From an uncultured archaeon (lineage in GTDB: Archaea; Asgardarchaeota; Thorarchaeia; Thorarchaeales; Thorarchaeaceae), in assembly GCA_964458565.1 (NCBI GenBank), contig CAYWJO010000034.1, positions 1 through 38,525 of the forward strand: a stretch of 38,525 bases of DNA, read 5' to 3'. Numbering within the stretch: the stretch's first letter is position 1; each line of letters starts with the position of its first letter. The notes under the pieces were generated by a model. That model did not search any database, was not told the origin of the DNA, and saw only the letters and a list, made by a program, of their open reading frames with translations. Positions 36,110 through 38,525 of the stretch are shown in pieces. The position numbers were made by a program, and so were the translations under genes.

Positions 36110-37315
36110 ATGGATATCATGATTTTGATGGAGCGTCTTGGAGTTATAGGAAACGGTGTGGCTGCGGTCACCACAATTCGTGAAATACAAAAAATTGATT
36201 CGTCCATCAGAATCGATGTGTTTACTGATGAGCGTTATGCATATTATCCACGCCCCAAACTAATGGATTTCATTGCTGGAACTGTTCAAGAAAAGGACCT
36301 GATCCAATATGACCATGATTGGTATGATAGGATGAATGCGGTTTTACATACTTCAGAATCAGTGACGAATATCAAGCAATCCACACTTGAGGTAACAACC
36401 TCCAAGAGTACTTATGGGCCATATGACCGAATTTTGTATGCCGCAGGGTCTCATCCATGGATTCCACCAATCAAAGGATTGGAAAAGAAGGGAATGCATG
36501 TACTACGGACATTGGATGATGCAATCGATATCAAAGAAGCTGTTTACGGAACAGGCAGGGAGATTGTTGTTGGTGGAGGTATCTTAGGAATTGAGCTTGC
36601 TTCTGCAATAAAGCGAATTGGTGGTGATCCTATTGTCATCTCCAACATCGAAACCCTATTGCCAGCTCAGTTGGATGCTGCAGCAAGTGGTGTACTATTA
36701 AAACGGTTTAACGAAATGGGGCTCGAGATTTTATTGAACTTCACGTGTTCTGAGATTGCAGGGGATGATCAAGTAACTGGAGTCATCTCGTCAGCTGGTG
36801 ATCAGATTAGTGGAGATCTTGTTGTCGCTGCAACAGGGGTCAAACCAAACACAGCGCTTGCTAAACAATGTGGGATCGAATGTGGACGTGCTGTAAAAGT
36901 AAATGAATATCTTGAGACCTCAATGCCTAATGTTTTCGCGGCTGGAGACTGCATGGAATGGAATGGTATTAGCCATGGCATCATCCCGGTTGCTCTCGAA
37001 ACTGCTAAAGTTGCAGCACAAAATATGATTGAGCCCAAATCCGCAATATACCCCGGAACCGTTCCCTCCAATACTCTTCAAGTAGTAGGTATCGACCTTA
37101 CTTCAGTTGGAATATTCTCTCCTAGCTCTCATGAATATGAGTCGATTATTTCTATCAATGAAGATGAAGGCACCTATTTCAAAGTCGTTGTTTTGAATGA
37201 CGTAGTAGTCGGAGGTATCTCATTGGGCGATAGGCGATTCGCATTGAAGCTAAGGGGTTTCATTCGAAACAAGACGGTTATCTCAGAAATCCGAAATTCC
37301 ATTTTTGATGTGTGA
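36110..37315 (+). CDS. FAD/NAD(P)H oxidoreductase (rubredoxin reductase/NirB-like)
   Basis: IGNGVAA, VGGGILGIE, ATGVKPN, FAAGDC. Confidence 0.92.
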   Translation: MDIMILMERLGVIGNGVAAVTTIREIQKIDSSIRIDVFTDERYAYYPRPKLMDFIAGTVQEKDLIQYDHDWYDRMNAVLHTSESVTNIKQSTLEVTTSKSTYGPYDRILYAAGSHPWIPPIKGLEKKGMHVLRTLDDAIDIKEAVYGTGREIVVGGGILGIELASAIKRIGGDPIVISNIETLLPAQLDAAASGVLLKRFNEMGLEILLNFTCSEIAGDDQVTGVISSAGDQISGDLVVAATGVKPNTALAKQCGIECGRAVKVNEYLETSMPNVFAAGDCMEWNGISHGIIPVALETAKVAAQNMIEPKSAIYPGTVPSNTLQVVGIDLTSVGIFSPSSHEYESIISINEDEGTYFKVVVLNDVVVGGISLGDRRFALKLRGFIRNKTVISEIRNSIFDV

Positions 37316-37319
37316 GTTA

Positions 37320-38525
37320 TTACTCTGCTACCTCAACAAGTGGTTGTCTTCCTTTTCCTTGTGGGATAAGTGATACAACATGGTCTGTTGAATCTCTTAA
37401 CTCCTCCATATGTGTGACCACTATGATTTGACTAACTGATGTCAAACCACGAATCGCATCTGGTAGCCATCTTCTACGCTGTGCATCGAGTCCAGCTCCA
37501 GGCTCATCAAGAATTATTAGATTAGGGGGTGGTCCAGTGACTGAATGCTTTTGTAGAGCTGTATTCACTGCTACACGAAGCGCAAAATTAACACAAACAT
37601 CTTCCCCACCCGATGCAGCCTGCAATGATACTTTGTTTCCTTGCAGGTCATAGAGTGAGACATCATAATCATCATCAATCAGCAAATCGCTATACCGGTC
37701 TCCGAATATACTTCTGAAAATCTCTCTTGCCTCCCTTCTGATATGAGGTCGTAATTGGTCTTCAGCAATGCCCGGGATTGCTTCAATCACCCGCCTCAAC
37801 GACTCAGCAACTCTATTCTCCTCTTGAAGTTCTTGAGGACGCTCAGATAATTCAGAGGAATTCAATTCGCTGTGAATTTCAAGAAGTGAGGTATTGACTT
37901 TTTCCAATATTATCCGTATGCTGTTCAAATCCACTTCCAACGCTTGGACACTCTCAAGTTCTTTCAGTGTCAATAACGCTTGCTCAATATCTTTCTGCGA
38001 GGGAAGTTGGCTTTGTATAGCATCGAGCCTCTTTCGGGTGTCTTCGATTTTCTTGATGTCTCTCTTCACTTCGTTGATTTTCTTTGAAACATCCGAACTG
38101 ATATCTTCATAGACTCCCAATCCCATCATTGAAAGCAGGTCTGTTTTTCGCTTACCGGGCGTCAATCGTGACAGACGGTCAATCTCACCTTGTCTAACAT
38201 ATGTAAGCGCTGAAAATGCATGTCTATCCATACCCAGCAGTTTCTCGATTTGGTCATCTACTTTAGTAACACCACTGAATTCTGGATCCTTCCTTCCAAT
38301 TTCGTAGATGTCTGCAGTTGTTTTATTTTGCAATATGGAGCGAACCACACGGTACTTTCTTCTGTTAATTGGTGCAGTAAATTCCAGCTCGACCTTCGCT
38401 TTTTTACATCCATGTCTAATAAGATCCTCTGCACTCTTCAGAGTCTTTTCCTTTCGCGTCACCCTTTTGAAGAGTGAAAATTCAATCGCTTCAAGGAGAG
38501 TTGTCTTTCCAGATCCATTAGGTCC
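37320..38525 (-). CDS. Rad50/SbcC-like SMC ATPase with very short coiled coil (5' end off window)
   Basis: Walker A GPNGSGKT at the window edge, in frame; Q-loop YVRQGEI; signature SGGE; Walker B ILDEP; VTH. Confidence 0.9.
   Translation of the reverse strand, partial: GPNGSGKTTLLEAIEFSLFKRVTRKEKTLKSAEDLIRHGCKKAKVELEFTAPINRRKYRVVRSILQNKTTADIYEIGRKDPEFSGVTKVDDQIEKLLGMDRHAFSALTYVRQGEIDRLSRLTPGKRKTDLLSMMGLGVYEDISSDVSKKINEVKRDIKKIEDTRKRLDAIQSQLPSQKDIEQALLTLKELESVQALEVDLNSIRIILEKVNTSLLEIHSELNSSELSERPQELQEENRVAESLRRVIEAIPGIAEDQLRPHIRREAREIFRSIFGDRYSDLLIDDDYDVSLYDLQGNKVSLQAASGGEDVCVNFALRVAVNTALQKHSVTGPPPNLIILDEPGAGLDAQRRRWLPDAIRGLTSVSQIIVVTHMEELRDSTDHVVSLIPQGKGRQPLVEVAE

Overview
Gene-dense archaeal chromosomal window, very likely from an Asgard archaeon (Thorarchaeia-like, inferred from a Rab-like GTPase, two roadblock/LC7 proteins, archaeal pheST and aRF1, BRE/TATA promoters and GGAGG/GGTGA RBSs). 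About 40 CDSs cover translation, metabolism, transport, three proteases (gingipain-like C25, CPBP/Rce1-like, and an S8 resembling eukaryotic site-1 protease) and a short Rad50-like ATPase. I see no rRNA, tRNA, CRISPR array or transposase. The strongest unexplained signal is a ~224-nt, almost fully base-paired putative ncRNA at 8937-9160 (+) with a candidate promoter, a 12-bp terminal helix, two multibranch domains and a U-tract end; it lacks the SRP and RNase P motifs. Other candidates: a leaderless amber-terminated uORF/hairpin before aRF1, a cloverleaf 5' leader before a coiled-coil gene, a DMT-RAM fusion with a stand-alone RAM partner, and several active-site variants. All family calls come from motif recognition by eye; no searches or folding programs were run.
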